NCBI GenBank assembly: GCA_963832165.1
Contig: CAWHTE010000003.1
Span: 512,001 to 576,000 of the forward strand
Source: an uncultured delta proteobacterium
Lineage (GTDB): Bacteria > Myxococcota_A > UBA9160 > SMWR01
DNA length: 64,000 bases
Direction of reading: 5' to 3'
Shown here: piece by piece, positions 48,762 through 59,132 of the stretch
Layout of the letters: every line of letters begins with the position of its first letter
How positions within the stretch are numbered: the first letter of the stretch is position 1
The notes under the pieces: generated by a model
What the model saw: the letters and a program-made list of their open reading frames with translations, nothing else
Database searches by the model: none
What the model was told of the DNA's origin: nothing
Made by a program: the position numbers and the translations under genes

Positions 48762-51700
48762 CGCTCTCCGACCTCTCGATCGAGCGTCCCGTCCTCACCT
48801 GGATGATGACGCTCGCGCTGATCGTGTTCGGCGTGCTCGGTTACGAGCGCCTCGGCATGGATCAGTTCCCGACGATGAACCTGCCCGTGCTCTCGGTGAT
48901 CGCGACGCTCGAGGGCGCGGATCCCGAGGGCATGGAGGAGGACGTCACCGACGTCCTCGAGGAGCAGCTCAACACCGTCGCAGGGGTGCGCTCGGTGCAG
49001 TCGACCACCTTTCCGGGTGCCGCGCAGATCCGCGTCGAGTTCGACCTCGGCACCGATCTCGACGTGGCGATGCAGAAGGTGCGCGACAAGATCGAGGCAG
49101 TTCGGCGCGATCTGCCCGCGGGCATGGATCCGCCCACCGTGAGCGACTTCGATCCCAACGATTCGCCCATCCTCTGGATTCCGTTCCACACCACGCTGTC
49201 AGCGGTCGAGACGAGCGAGTATGTGCGCCGCGAAGTCACACCGGTGTTCGAGACGATCCCGGGCGTCGTCGGCGTCGCGACGTTCGGCCGCAAGGACCGC
49301 ACGATCCGGATCTGGCTGCGCGGCGACGACCTGCGCGCGCGCGGGCTCTCCGCGGGCGACGTCGTCGCGGCGCTGAACCGCGAGCACGTCAGAGGCACCG
49401 GGCGGGCGCGTCGAGGGCGCGCAGGTCGAATACGGCGTGAAGACCGACGCCGAATTCCGGACGCTCGCCGAGCTCGAGCGGCTCGTGGTCAGCTACGCCG
49501 ACGGCGCGCCCGTGTACCTGTCCGACGTCGCGCGCGTCGAAGACGGCGCCGAAGACGTGCGCTCGGTCCACCGCTACAACGGCCAGGAAACCGTCGGCAT
49601 CGGCATCCGCAAGCAGTCCGGCGGAAATGCCGTGTCGATCGTCGACGAGGTGTACCGCCGGCTCGATTCGATCAAGAGCACGCTGCCGGACGGGATTACG
49701 GTGGACGAGAACGCCTCCTTCATCGACTTCTCGGCCGAGATCCGCGAAGCGGTCGAGGAGACCGAGTTCTCGCTCGTTTTTGGCGCGCTGCTCGCGGTGT
49801 TCACCGTGTTCGTGTTCCTGCGCCGCTCGCGGCCGACGCTGATCGTGGCCACCGCGATCCCGATTTCGCTGATCGCCTCGTTCGGTCTGGTCTGGCTGTT
49901 CGGCCACACGCTCAACACGATGACGCTGCTCGGGATGACACTGGCGGTGGGCGTCGTGATCGATGACGCGATCGTCGTGCTCGAGAACATCGAGCGCCAC
50001 CGCGAGAGAGGCGAGGATGCGCTCGGCGCCGCGCGCGCCGGCACGCGCGAGATCGCGTTCGCGGCCACCGCGGCGACCTTCTCGGTGGCGGCCGTCTTCA
50101 TTCCGGTGGTGTTCGTCGAAGGCGTCGTGGGCAGCTTCCTCGGTTCGTTCGGTGTGACCGTGGCGGGCTCGGTGATGATCTCGCTCTTCGTGGCGCTCAC
50201 GCTCACGCCGATGCTCGCGGCGCGCATGAAGCCGCCCGCGCCGCGCGCGCACGGCAGCATCTACCACCGGCTCGAGCAGGCGTTCGGGGCCACCGAGTCG
50301 ACTTACCGGCGCGCGCTCGACTGGACGCTCGCGCACCGCAGGCGCACGGTCGGGATCGCGGTGGCGGCGTTTGCCGTGGCGCTCGGGTTCGGGCATGCGC
50401 TCGAGGGCGAGCTGTTTCCCTCCGCCGACGAGGCGCTGTTCTTCGCGAAGCTCGAGACTGCGCCGGGGACGTCGGTCGAGTCCACGCTCGAGTATCTCGA
50501 GCGCGACGAGGCGTGGTTCCTCGCCCAGCCGGAGGTGGCGGGGATTTTCTCCGCGGTCGGCGACTCGGGCCCCGAGGAGCTCGAGGTGTCGAACCAGGGA
50601 ATGATGTTCGGCACGCTGATCCCGCGCAGCGAGCGCAAGCGCACGGTCCAGGAGCTGCTGCGGGATGCGCGCGCCGAGCTCGGCGGTGTACCCGGCCGCC
50701 AGATCCGCGTGTTCAACCCCGCGGAGATGATGCGCGGCACCTCGCGGGCGGCCCAGATGGAGATCGAGCTACGGGCGAATGTGGCGCTCGAGGAGCTCGC
50801 GCACTGGGCCGACCTGATGATCGACCACCTCGCCGCGCGCGGCGGCTTCGTCGATCTCGACCGCAGCCTCAAGCTCGGTCTGCCCGAGCTGCGCGTGATC
50901 CCGGACCGCGCGAAGGCGGCCGCACTCGGCATCGACGGGCGCACGCTCGCCGAGGCGGTGCAGGTCATGATCGGTGGGCTCGACGTGGGCGTGTTCAAGG
51001 AGGCCGGCCGCCGGTACGACATCCGGATGCGGCTCGAGCCCGGCGACCGCAGCGATCCCGAGGCGATCGAGCGACTCTATGTGCGCGCGCGCGACGGAAA
51101 AGTCGTGGAGCTCCGCAACGTGGTGCGCACGGAGCTCGGCGCGGCGCCCTCGGCGATCACGCGCCACGATCGACAGCGCAGCGTGACGATCAGCGCGAAC
51201 CTCGATGGAATCCGCATGGAGGAGGCATCGAAGGCCGCGCTCGCGATCGGAGCCGAGATCTTGCCGCCGAACGTCCATGTCGCCCTTGCGGGCAACGCGG
51301 AGCAGATGGCCGAGAGCTTCGAGCAGGCGGGGATCGCGATCGGGCTCGGCGTGCTCGTGATCTTCATGGTACTCGCGGCGCAGTTCGAGAGCTGGGTGCA
51401 GCCGCTCACGGTGATGCTCGCGCTGCCGATGGCGATGACGGGCGCGCTAGGCGGCCTGTGGCTGTTCGGCCACTCGTTGAACCTGTTCAGCCTGATCGGG
51501 ATCATCTTGTTGTTCGGACTCGTGACGAAGAATTCGATCCTCCTGGTCGACTACGCGCAGCAGCTGCGCGCCGGCGGCATGGACAAGGTGGAGGCGATTC
51601 GCACCGCGGCGCCGATCCGGATGCGCCCGGTGCTGATGACGGCACTCGCGATGATCTTCGGCGTGCTGCCCGCGGCGATCGGCGTCGGCCCGGGCTCCGA

Positions 51701-51917
51701 GACGCGCGCGCCCATGGCGATCGCCACCGCGGCCGGGATGCTCTCGTCGACCGTGCTCACGCTGCTCGTCGTGCCGGTGTTCTACCTCGCGTTCGACGAC
51801 TTCGCCGTATGGGCGAAGGGCGGCTTCCGGCGCCACCCGGCGCGCGGCGAGACGAAGTCGGGCGTGACCGCCGAGGCGCCGCGCTCCCCCGAGCGCTCCC
51901 AGCCCGCGCAGGTCTGA
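48758..51917 (+). CDS. RND efflux permease, +1 indel at about 49391
   Basis: LSDLSIERPV, GVVIDDAIVVLENI, GLVTKNSILLVDY, RMRPVLMT; removing base 49391 joins the two ORFs (EHV-EAPGGRVE). Confidence 0.92.
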
Positions 51918-51969
51918 GCTTCGGCCCCGACGCGCGCTACGCTGCGGTGGCGTCGCCCGGAGGTACGTC

Positions 51970-52647
51970 ATGGCTCTCACCGTGCTCGGGGGCGGAGTGT
52001 CCCCGTTCGTGCGCAAGGTTCGCGTGGTTCTCGCCGAGAAGGGCCTCGACTATCAACACGAGAACGTGAATCCGTTCTCGCCGCCCGAGGGCTGGCGCAA
52101 CACGAGTCCGCTCGGTCGCATTCCCGCCTTCAAGGACGGCGACAAGGTGATCAACGACTCGTCGGTGATCTGCGCCTACCTCGAGCGGCGCTTCCCGAAG
52201 CCCGCGCTCTACCCGGCCGACGACTACGAGTACGCGCGAGCGCTCTGGTTCGAGGAGTTCGCGGATGGCGGGATGATCGCCACGATGGGCCCGAAGACGT
52301 TCTTCCCCTGCGTCCTCAAGCCGCTGTTCGGCGGCAAGCCCGAGCCCGATCCGGCCGACGTGGCGTCCGCCGAGAAGTGCGTCGCGGAGGAGTGCCCGAA
52401 GTTCTGGGACTATCTCGAGCGCGAGCTCGGCGACAACGAGTACTTCGTGGGCAACCGGCTCACGATCGCCGACATCGCCGTTGCCACCGGGTTCGTGAAC
52501 CTGCGCCACGCGGGCTTCGCGCCCGAACGCAAGCGCTGGCCGAAGCTGCGCGCGTTCCTCGATCGCATGCACGGACGGCCGTCGTTCAAGGCGCTGATCG
52601 AGGAGGAAGCGCCGTTCAGCAAACGCTCGGCGCTCGTAAAAGACTGA
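51970..52647 (+). CDS. Glutathione S-transferase family protein
   Basis: SPFVRKVRVVLAEKG, SPLGRIPA, DSSVICAYLE, TIADIA. Confidence 0.93.
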   Translation: MALTVLGGGVSPFVRKVRVVLAEKGLDYQHENVNPFSPPEGWRNTSPLGRIPAFKDGDKVINDSSVICAYLERRFPKPALYPADDYEYARALWFEEFADGGMIATMGPKTFFPCVLKPLFGGKPEPDPADVASAEKCVAEECPKFWDYLERELGDNEYFVGNRLTIADIAVATGFVNLRHAGFAPERKRWPKLRAFLDRMHGRPSFKALIEEEAPFSKRSALVKD

Positions 52648-53105
52648 AGCGCGCGAGCGCCGGAATCCTCTTGTTTCGCCGCCACGCCGGGGTGGTCGAG
52701 GTGTTCCTCGTCCACCCCGGCGGGCCGTTCTGGGCAAAACGAGATGCCGGCGCGTGGTCGATCCCGAAGGGCGAGCTCGAGGACGGGTACGACCCGCTCG
52801 ACACTGCTCAGCGCGAGTTCCGCGAGGAGACCGGGTTCGAGGCGGCGTTCGCGAGGTTCGATCCGCTCGCTCCGGTGCGCCAGGCCGGAGGGAAGATCGT
52901 CCATGCGTGGGCTGCGGAAGGCGACTGCGATGCGAGCGCCATTCGCAGCAATACGTTCACGCTCGGGACGCGGTCCTATCCGGAGGTCGACCGCGCGGGC
53001 TGGTTTGCGCTCGACGAGGCGCGGCGGAAGATCCTCGGCGGGCAGCGGCCGCTGCTCGACGCGCTGGAGCAGCTACTTGCGGCGCCACCGCGTGCCGGTG
53101 GGTGA
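52644..53105 (+). CDS. NUDIX hydrolase (start uncertain)
   Basis: SAGILLFR, LVHPGGPFW, WSIPKGE...AQREFREETG, PEVDRAGWF. Confidence 0.88.
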   Translation: MKRASAGILLFRRHAGVVEVFLVHPGGPFWAKRDAGAWSIPKGELEDGYDPLDTAQREFREETGFEAAFARFDPLAPVRQAGGKIVHAWAAEGDCDASAIRSNTFTLGTRSYPEVDRAGWFALDEARRKILGGQRPLLDALEQLLAAPPRAGG

Positions 53106-54500
53106 GTCGAGCAGCTCGACGCCGCGTTGCGCGAGCTCGTCGCGGATCTGATCGGCGCGTGCCCAGCTCTTCGCGGCGCGCGCGGCGACGCGCTCGGCCA
53201 CGAGCGCGTCGATCTCGGCGTCGTCCGCACCGCTCGCGGGCGTCTCGGAGAGCACGCCGAAGATCTGGTCGAACTCGCGCATCGCCGCGACCGCGCGTGC
53301 GGCGTCGGCGCGGCAGGGCTCGGCGCGGTTCACCGCGGTCATGAAGTTGTGGATCACCGCGAGCGCGACCGACGTGTTCAGATCGTCTTCGAGCGCGGCG
53401 GCGAAGTCGCGTCGCGCGGACTCGATCGCGTCCGCGATCGCGGGCTGGTCCGGCCGCTCGGGCCGCTCCGCCATCTCGTAGTGAACGAAGTGGTCGAGCT
53501 TCGCGCGCGTCTTCGCGGCCTCGTCGATCAGCGCGAGGTCGAAGGGCAGGGGTGAGCGGTAGTGCGTGCGCAGCAGGTAGAGACGGAGGTCCGCTCCCGT
53601 GTAGCCCTTCGCGATCAGCTCGGGAATCGTGTACAGCGTCCCGGCGCGTTTGCTCATCTTCTCGCCGCCGATCTCGAGCCAGCCGCAGTGGATCCAGTGG
53701 CGCACGAACGGATGGCCCGTGACGCCCTCGCTCTGCGCGATCTCGCACTCGTGGTGCGGGAACTTGTTGTCGGGGCCGCCCGTGTGGATGTCGAGCGTGT
53801 CGCCGAGATACTTGCGCGACATCGCCGAGCACTCGATGTGCCAGCCCGGGAAGCCGCGCCCGAACGGCGAATCCCACTGCATCAGGTGCTTCGGGTCGCG
53901 CTTCCAGAGCGCGAAATCGGCCGGGTGGCGCTTCTCGCTGCGTTCCTCGACGCGGCCCGATGCGCCGGCCTCGAGCTCCGCGAGCGTGTTGCCCGAGAGG
54001 GCGCCGTAGCGCGGGAACGAGCGCACGTCGAAGTAGACGTTGCCCTCTGCGGCGTACGCGTGGCCGTTCGCGAGCAGCGCCTCGATCATCGCGATCATCT
54101 CGGGCACGTGTTCGGTGGCGCGCGGGTAGACGTGGGCGGGCACGATCCGAAGCGCCGCGAGATCCTCCTTGAAGTTGGCCTCCTCTTCGCGCGCGATCTG
54201 CCAGGGGTCGAGCTTGCGCCGAGCGGCTTCCTTCTGGAGCTTGTCCTCGCCCGTCGCGTCGGCGGCATCGTCCTCGGTCAGATGGCCGACGTCGGTGATG
54301 TTCATGATCTGCGTGACGCGCCGGCCCTGTGCCTCGAACGTGCGGCGCAACAGGTCGGCGAGCATGAACGCGCGGAAGTTGCCGATGTGCTGGCGCTTGT
54401 AGACGGTCGGCCCGCAGTGGTACATCCGCACTTCACCCGCGACCTGCGGGAGCAGCTCCTCCACGCGACCGGTCAGGCTGTTGTGCAGCCGCATCGCCAT
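53073..54500 (-). CDS. cysS: Cysteine--tRNA ligase
   Basis: YHCGPTVY..HIGN, DFALWK, GFPGWHIECSAM, DIHTGG..FPHHE, KMSK, DDLNT. Confidence 0.96.
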   Translation of the reverse strand: MAMRLHNSLTGRVEELLPQVAGEVRMYHCGPTVYKRQHIGNFRAFMLADLLRRTFEAQGRRVTQIMNITDVGHLTEDDAADATGEDKLQKEAARRKLDPWQIAREEEANFKEDLAALRIVPAHVYPRATEHVPEMIAMIEALLANGHAYAAEGNVYFDVRSFPRYGALSGNTLAELEAGASGRVEERSEKRHPADFALWKRDPKHLMQWDSPFGRGFPGWHIECSAMSRKYLGDTLDIHTGGPDNKFPHHECEIAQSEGVTGHPFVRHWIHCGWLEIGGEKMSKRAGTLYTIPELIAKGYTGADLRLYLLRTHYRSPLPFDLALIDEAAKTRAKLDHFVHYEMAERPERPDQPAIADAIESARRDFAAALEDDLNTSVALAVIHNFMTAVNRAEPCRADAARAVAAMREFDQIFGVLSETPASGADDAEIDALVAERVAARAAKSWARADQIRDELAQRGVELLDSPTGTRWRRK

Positions 54501-54510
54501 TGGGGCGCGT

Positions 54511-55338
54511 TCAGGGCAGCGCGGCGATGTACGTGACCCACGCCGGATCGTCCGGCGCGCGCTTGGCGCGGTAGTACACCCCGGTGCCTTCGTTGCTCTT
54601 GCGGTCGGTGCGCTCCCAGTAGGTCTCGGTGCGCGAGAAGCCGACCTCGTGCAGCGCGTCGCGCACCTCCGGGATGCTCCAGAGCCTCCAGTCGTAGTGG
54701 AACGCGCGCTCGATCCGGCTGCCGTCCGGGAACTCGAAGTGGATGTAGTTGACGGCCCGGTTGTTGATCGGGTCGAAGACGTCCTGGTCCCAGACGTAGT
54801 CGAACTCGGTGTGATCGCGCGTCTCGGTCATCGTGCGTTGCGAGTCCGCGCCGCCATACAAGTCGACCACGAACAGGCCGTTCGGGTTCAGCGATTCGAG
54901 CGCTCGGCGGAAGTACGCCAGCAGCTGGCTGCGCTCCTGGAAGATGAAGTACGAGAAGTTGAAGCCGACCGTCACGTCGACGGCCTCGTGCTTCACCTGG
55001 CGCACGTCACCCTGGAGCAGGTGCACGCGCGAGGAGAGCTCGGGGCCGAGCTTCGGGAAGCTCTTCTTGCGCGCCCAGGAGAGCGGCCCCTGATCGATAT
55101 CGACACCCCACGCGCGATTCTCGGGGTCCGACTTGACCCACGCGCAGCACAGCGCGGCCGTTCCGCAGAAGTCCTCGCGCAAGAGGTGCGGATCGCGGTC
55201 GTAGTAGGTGCGGTACATGCGCTGGAGCAGCGCCACGTCGCCCTCGGGATCCTGGACCGCGGCCTCGTAGAGATCGTAGAGATCGACCTGCTCGGCCTGA
55301 GTCTGCTCGCGGCTCCTGCTGCGTCTCCTGCGTGCCAT
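54511..55338 (-). CDS. Class I SAM-dependent methyltransferase
   Basis: LYEAAVQDP, LREDFCGTA, GVDID, FNFSY, FHYDWRLW. Confidence 0.82.
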   Translation of the reverse strand: MARRRRSRSREQTQAEQVDLYDLYEAAVQDPEGDVALLQRMYRTYYDRDPHLLREDFCGTAALCCAWVKSDPENRAWGVDIDQGPLSWARKKSFPKLGPELSSRVHLLQGDVRQVKHEAVDVTVGFNFSYFIFQERSQLLAYFRRALESLNPNGLFVVDLYGGADSQRTMTETRDHTEFDYVWDQDVFDPINNRAVNYIHFEFPDGSRIERAFHYDWRLWSIPEVRDALHEVGFSRTETYWERTDRKSNEGTGVYYRAKRAPDDPAWVTYIAALP

Positions 55339-55385
55339 CGCGCCTTCCCCCCGTCGAGAACCCGCGGCAGTATGAGATGCCCGCG

Positions 55386-56129
55386 TTACTCCTTCCAGCC
55401 CTCGGTCGCCCCGCGGATCATCGCGAAGGGTCCGACCGGCCAGTTGAAGGTGTCGACCATGAGCTGGTTCACGTCCTCGCGGGAGGCGATCCCCTCGTCC
55501 ACCACGCGCTGCGCTTCGCGGATCATCGCGAAGTAGACCCGGTTGGCCACGAAGCCCCACGCGGTCGGGAAGTCCTTCACGACGATCGGGTTTTTGCCGC
55601 AGCGCGCTGCGATCTCCTTCACGCGCTGGATCGTCGCCTCCGAAGTCTTCGGCGCGGCGACGATCTCGGCGAGGCGCATGATCGGCGGCGGCGAGGCCCA
55701 GTGCCAGCCGATCACGCGATCCGGCCGGTTCGTGACGGCGGCGAGCGCGGTGATCGGGAATCCCGAGGTGTTGGAGGCGAGGATCGTGGCCGGCGCCGCG
55801 CGCGCGTCGAGGTCTCGGAACACCTGGAGCTTCAAATCGAGGCGCTCGGGCACGCACTCGAGCACGAGGTCGCAGGCCACCGCCTCGTCGAGCGACGTCG
55901 TGAACGAGAGCCGCGCCAGCGCGGCGTCCGCGTCGACACGACTCTGCTTGCCGCGCGAAACAGCGCGGTCCAAACCGTAGCGACCCGACACCACGTTCTG
56001 TCGACCGCGCTCGAGCGCCTGCGCATCGATGTCGGTGCACACCGTCCGGATTCCCGCACTGGCCAGCGTCTGTGCGATGCCGCTGCCCATGACGCCCGCG
56101 CCGATCACGCCCACGCTCACGTCCTTCAC
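55386..56129 (-). CDS. 3-hydroxyacyl-CoA dehydrogenase family protein
   Basis: GVIGAGVMGSGIA, ECVPE.L.LK, ASNTS, GWHW, GFVANR, WPVGPF. Confidence 0.88.
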   Translation of the reverse strand: MKDVSVGVIGAGVMGSGIAQTLASAGIRTVCTDIDAQALERGRQNVVSGRYGLDRAVSRGKQSRVDADAALARLSFTTSLDEAVACDLVLECVPERLDLKLQVFRDLDARAAPATILASNTSGFPITALAAVTNRPDRVIGWHWASPPPIMRLAEIVAAPKTSEATIQRVKEIAARCGKNPIVVKDFPTAWGFVANRVYFAMIREAQRVVDEGIASREDVNQLMVDTFNWPVGPFAMIRGATEGWKE

Positions 56130-57334
56130 GAGTTCCTCCTCAGGGGTTCGCTGCGCCGGCTGCGCCAGGCGAGCAGGCGCTCGCGCAGCGCATCGACCGT
56201 GTTGCACTCGGGGTCGGCCGTCACCGCTTTGGTGAGATGCTCGAGTGCGCGGCCGACCTCGGGGCCCGGCCCGCAGGCCAGGAGCTCCATCACGGCCCGC
56301 CCGTCGAGTGCGAGCGGTACCTCGGACGCGTCCGAGGTCCGCGCGCGCACGAGCTCGATCGCTCGAGACAGCGCTTCGAGCCGGTCGCCCGCGGCGGTGT
56401 CCTCGCCGCGCGCCCCGATCTCCGCGCGGCGCAGCGCGATCAGATCCGGCAGCACGGTCTCGGATCGCCGCACCAGGCGGCGGAACGTCGCTTCGTGGTT
56501 CGGGTTCGCGACCGCATCGATCGGATGGAGGTGGAGCAGCCGCTCGACCGCGATCACGCGCGGCCGCGGCTCGCGCCAGCGCCGCAGGATGCGCACGACC
56601 CGTGTGCCGCGCAGCCAGCCCGCGAGGCGCAGCTCGAGATCGGCCGGCAGCGCCGCCACCACCGCAGCCGCATCGGACGCGACGCCCTCCGCGATCACCG
56701 CTTCGAGCCCACTCTCGCGCAGCAGCGCCAGGCCCCGATCGGCGAAGGGTCCGAGCAGCAGCGCATGGAGCTCGGCGCGCACGCGCACTTCGTGCAAGGT
56801 GGCGATGCGACCGCATTGGTCGCGCAGTGCGGCCGCGAGCGACGGGCTGGGCACGAGCCCGCGCGTGGCGACGAGCCGCGCCGCGCGGAGCATGCGCAGC
56901 GGATCCTCTGCGAAGCGTTCGGGAGCGCGGCCTACGCAGCGCAGCCGCGAAGCATCGACGTCGCTCTGGCCTGCGAACGGGTCGAGCACATGGCCCTCCG
57001 CGTCGACCGCGAGCGCGTGGAGGGTGAAGTCGCGGTGCCCGAGCTCGCCGCAGATCCCCGACCCGTGGACGTGGGGGACGAGCTCGATCGGCCCCGCGGT
57101 CGTGGGCAGCATGAGGCGCCTCGGCACCGGGTCGAGCGGAATCGCGCGCGGAAACAGCGCGAGCAGCGCACGGCCATCGGCGTCCGTGGAGATCTCGAAG
57201 TCCCGCACGGGCTCGCCGTCGAGCAATCCGCGCACCGCGGGACCTACCGCATGGGTCTCGTGTCCGCGCGCAGCGAGCTGCGCGACGACGGCAGCGACCG
57301 CGGGCGGAAGCTGTAGCGGGCTGAGGTTGCTCAT
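56126..57334 (-). CDS. tRNA nucleotidyltransferase/poly(A) polymerase family protein with degenerate motifs
   Basis: VGPAVRGLL..DFEIST, HRDFT, DPFAG, RFAEDPLRMLRAAR, C-terminal LALDG..VM...GPGPEVGRAL. Confidence 0.8.
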   Translation of the reverse strand: MSNLSPLQLPPAVAAVVAQLAARGHETHAVGPAVRGLLDGEPVRDFEISTDADGRALLALFPRAIPLDPVPRRLMLPTTAGPIELVPHVHGSGICGELGHRDFTLHALAVDAEGHVLDPFAGQSDVDASRLRCVGRAPERFAEDPLRMLRAARLVATRGLVPSPSLAAALRDQCGRIATLHEVRVRAELHALLLGPFADRGLALLRESGLEAVIAEGVASDAAAVVAALPADLELRLAGWLRGTRVVRILRRWREPRPRVIAVERLLHLHPIDAVANPNHEATFRRLVRRSETVLPDLIALRRAEIGARGEDTAAGDRLEALSRAIELVRARTSDASEVPLALDGRAVMELLACGPGPEVGRALEHLTKAVTADPECNTVDALRERLLAWRSRRSEPLRRNS

Positions 57335-57450
57335 GCGCGCAGTGTACAAATCGAGGTACCGTATGCGCGCATGCAGTGTGCGACGCCGGCGCAGTCGTTC
57401 ATCCCGGAATCGGAGCGCGGGCCGGTCGCGTGGGTCGCGGGGCTTCCCGG

Positions 57451-58359
57451 ATGACCTCGAGCGCCGTCCAGAGGGTGGCGTCCGCGCGTCGCCAGGAGGA
57501 GCCGGGCTTCTTGTCGCGCTTCGTGCCCGCACCCGTGCGGGCGATGCTCGAGGAGATCGACGAGCGCACGGCGCGCATTCCCACGCGGCTCAACGAGTAC
57601 GGATACGACCCGTTCGGCTTCGATCCGGTCTCGATGCGTTATTCGAATCTCCTGATGACCTGGATCTACCGGACCTACTTCCGCGTCGACGCGCGCGGTG
57701 TCGAACGGGTTCCGCCCGGACGCGTGCTGCTGATCGCGAATCACGCCGGAAATACGTTCGCGTGGGACGGCGCGATGCTCGCGACGGCGATGTTCCTCGA
57801 GGCCGATCCGCCGCGGCTCGTGCGCGGAATGGCGGAGTACTTCCTGCCGACGCTGCCGTTTTTCAACGTAATGCTGCATCGCTCCGGCAGCGTGGTCGGT
57901 CGGCCCGAGAACTGCGTGCGGCTGCTTCAGCAGGGCGAGGCGATCATGGCGTTCCCGGAAGGGGAGCGCGGCTTCGTGAAGACCTACCGCCAGCGCTATC
58001 AGCTCCAGCGGTTCGGTCTCGGATTCATGCGCCTCGCGCTCGAGACCGGGACGCCGATCGTTCCGATCGGGATCGTGGGCGGGGAGGAGCAGTCGCCCGG
58101 GATCGCCAACGTGCGCTCGCTAGGGCGCCTGATCGGCTCGCCCGCGTTTCCGATCACGCTCACGTTCCCGTTCCTGGGGCTCGCGGGCTTCCTTCCGCTG
58201 CCGGTCCGGTTCCATCTCCACTTCGGGAATCCGATCCAGTTCGAAGGCGATCAGAACGAGGACGACACGGCGATCCAGGAGCGCGTGGACGTGGTGAAGG
58301 AGGAGATCCGGCGCCTGATCGCGGACGGACTCGCCGCGCGCAAGAGCTGGTTCACGTAG
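57451..58359 (+). CDS. Lysophospholipid acyltransferase (PlsC-like)
   Basis: YGYDPFG, LLIANHAG...WD, FPEG, GFMRLAL.TG.PIVP. Confidence 0.88.
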   Translation: MTSSAVQRVASARRQEEPGFLSRFVPAPVRAMLEEIDERTARIPTRLNEYGYDPFGFDPVSMRYSNLLMTWIYRTYFRVDARGVERVPPGRVLLIANHAGNTFAWDGAMLATAMFLEADPPRLVRGMAEYFLPTLPFFNVMLHRSGSVVGRPENCVRLLQQGEAIMAFPEGERGFVKTYRQRYQLQRFGLGFMRLALETGTPIVPIGIVGGEEQSPGIANVRSLGRLIGSPAFPITLTFPFLGLAGFLPLPVRFHLHFGNPIQFEGDQNEDDTAIQERVDVVKEEIRRLIADGLAARKSWFT

Positions 58360-58367
58360 TCCTGTAG

Positions 58368-58392
58368 GGCGGGAACTCGAAGCGATCCCGCC
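58368..58392. terminator. Possible hairpin between convergent genes
   Basis: GGCGGGA...TCCCGCC, 7-bp stem with 11-nt loop. Confidence 0.35.
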
Positions 58393-58394
58393 GT

Positions 58395-59132
58395 TCAGAA
58401 CGCCGCGCGCCTCATCACCGCGCGCGGCAGCGCGCACACCGCTCTCATCACCGCGCGCCAGACTCCCGGTGCGTAGACCACCGGCGTGCCGCGGACGAGC
58501 GCGCGCACGACCTGGCGCGCAACCGCATCGGCGGTGCCCGCGAACGGCGGCGGGGCGAGCCCCTCCGTCATCGCGGTGTCGACGAAGCCCGGCTTCACCG
58601 TGATCACGCGGAGCCCCTGCCGGTAGTACCGGTGGTCGAGCCCTTCGAGGTAATGCGACAGACCCGCCTTGGCGGCGCCGTAGAGCACCACCGGGCTGCG
58701 GCCGCGGTCACCCGCGACCGACGAGAACACACAGAGCGTGCCGCCGCCGCGTGCGATCAATCGCGTGCGCACGGCCTCACACCACTCGATGCTATGCGCG
58801 AAGTTGGCCGCGAGCATGTCGCGCCGGAAGCGCGCGTCGGTTTCGAGCTGGTCCTGCGGCGCGAACAGACCCGCGGTGAGGATCGCGGTGTTGAAGCCGT
58901 CGAGCGCGCGATCGGCCGCATCGAGCCCGGCGCTGAATCCGCTCGGGTCGAGCAGATCGCAGTGCGCGCTGCCCACGGGCGGGCGCGCGCCACGCACCTC
59001 GAGATCGCGCGCGCTGCGCACGAGCTCACCCGCGTCGCGGCCGAGCAGGAACAACCGCTCGCCACGAAGAGCGAGCGCGCGCGCGACGGCGCGTCCCATG
59101 CCACGCGTCGCACCGAGCAGCACCGCCTTCAC
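58395..59132 (-). CDS. SDR oxidoreductase, DprE2-like
   Basis: LLGATRGMG, SSVAGDRGR, YGAAK, VKPGFVDT.MT; start overlaps the stop of the DprE1-like gene. Confidence 0.82.
   Translation of the reverse strand: MKAVLLGATRGMGRAVARALALRGERLFLLGRDAGELVRSARDLEVRGARPPVGSAHCDLLDPSGFSAGLDAADRALDGFNTAILTAGLFAPQDQLETDARFRRDMLAANFAHSIEWCEAVRTRLIARGGGTLCVFSSVAGDRGRSPVVLYGAAKAGLSHYLEGLDHRYYRQGLRVITVKPGFVDTAMTEGLAPPPFAGTADAVARQVVRALVRGTPVVYAPGVWRAVMRAVCALPRAVMRRAAF

Noticed and set aside
55332..58367. 1011-aa plus-strand ORF and other long ORFs such as 2464..4896, 30286..32568 and 32199..34652
   Set aside because: Antisense or off-frame shadows of recognisable genes; low-complexity or motif-free translations expected in high-GC DNA.
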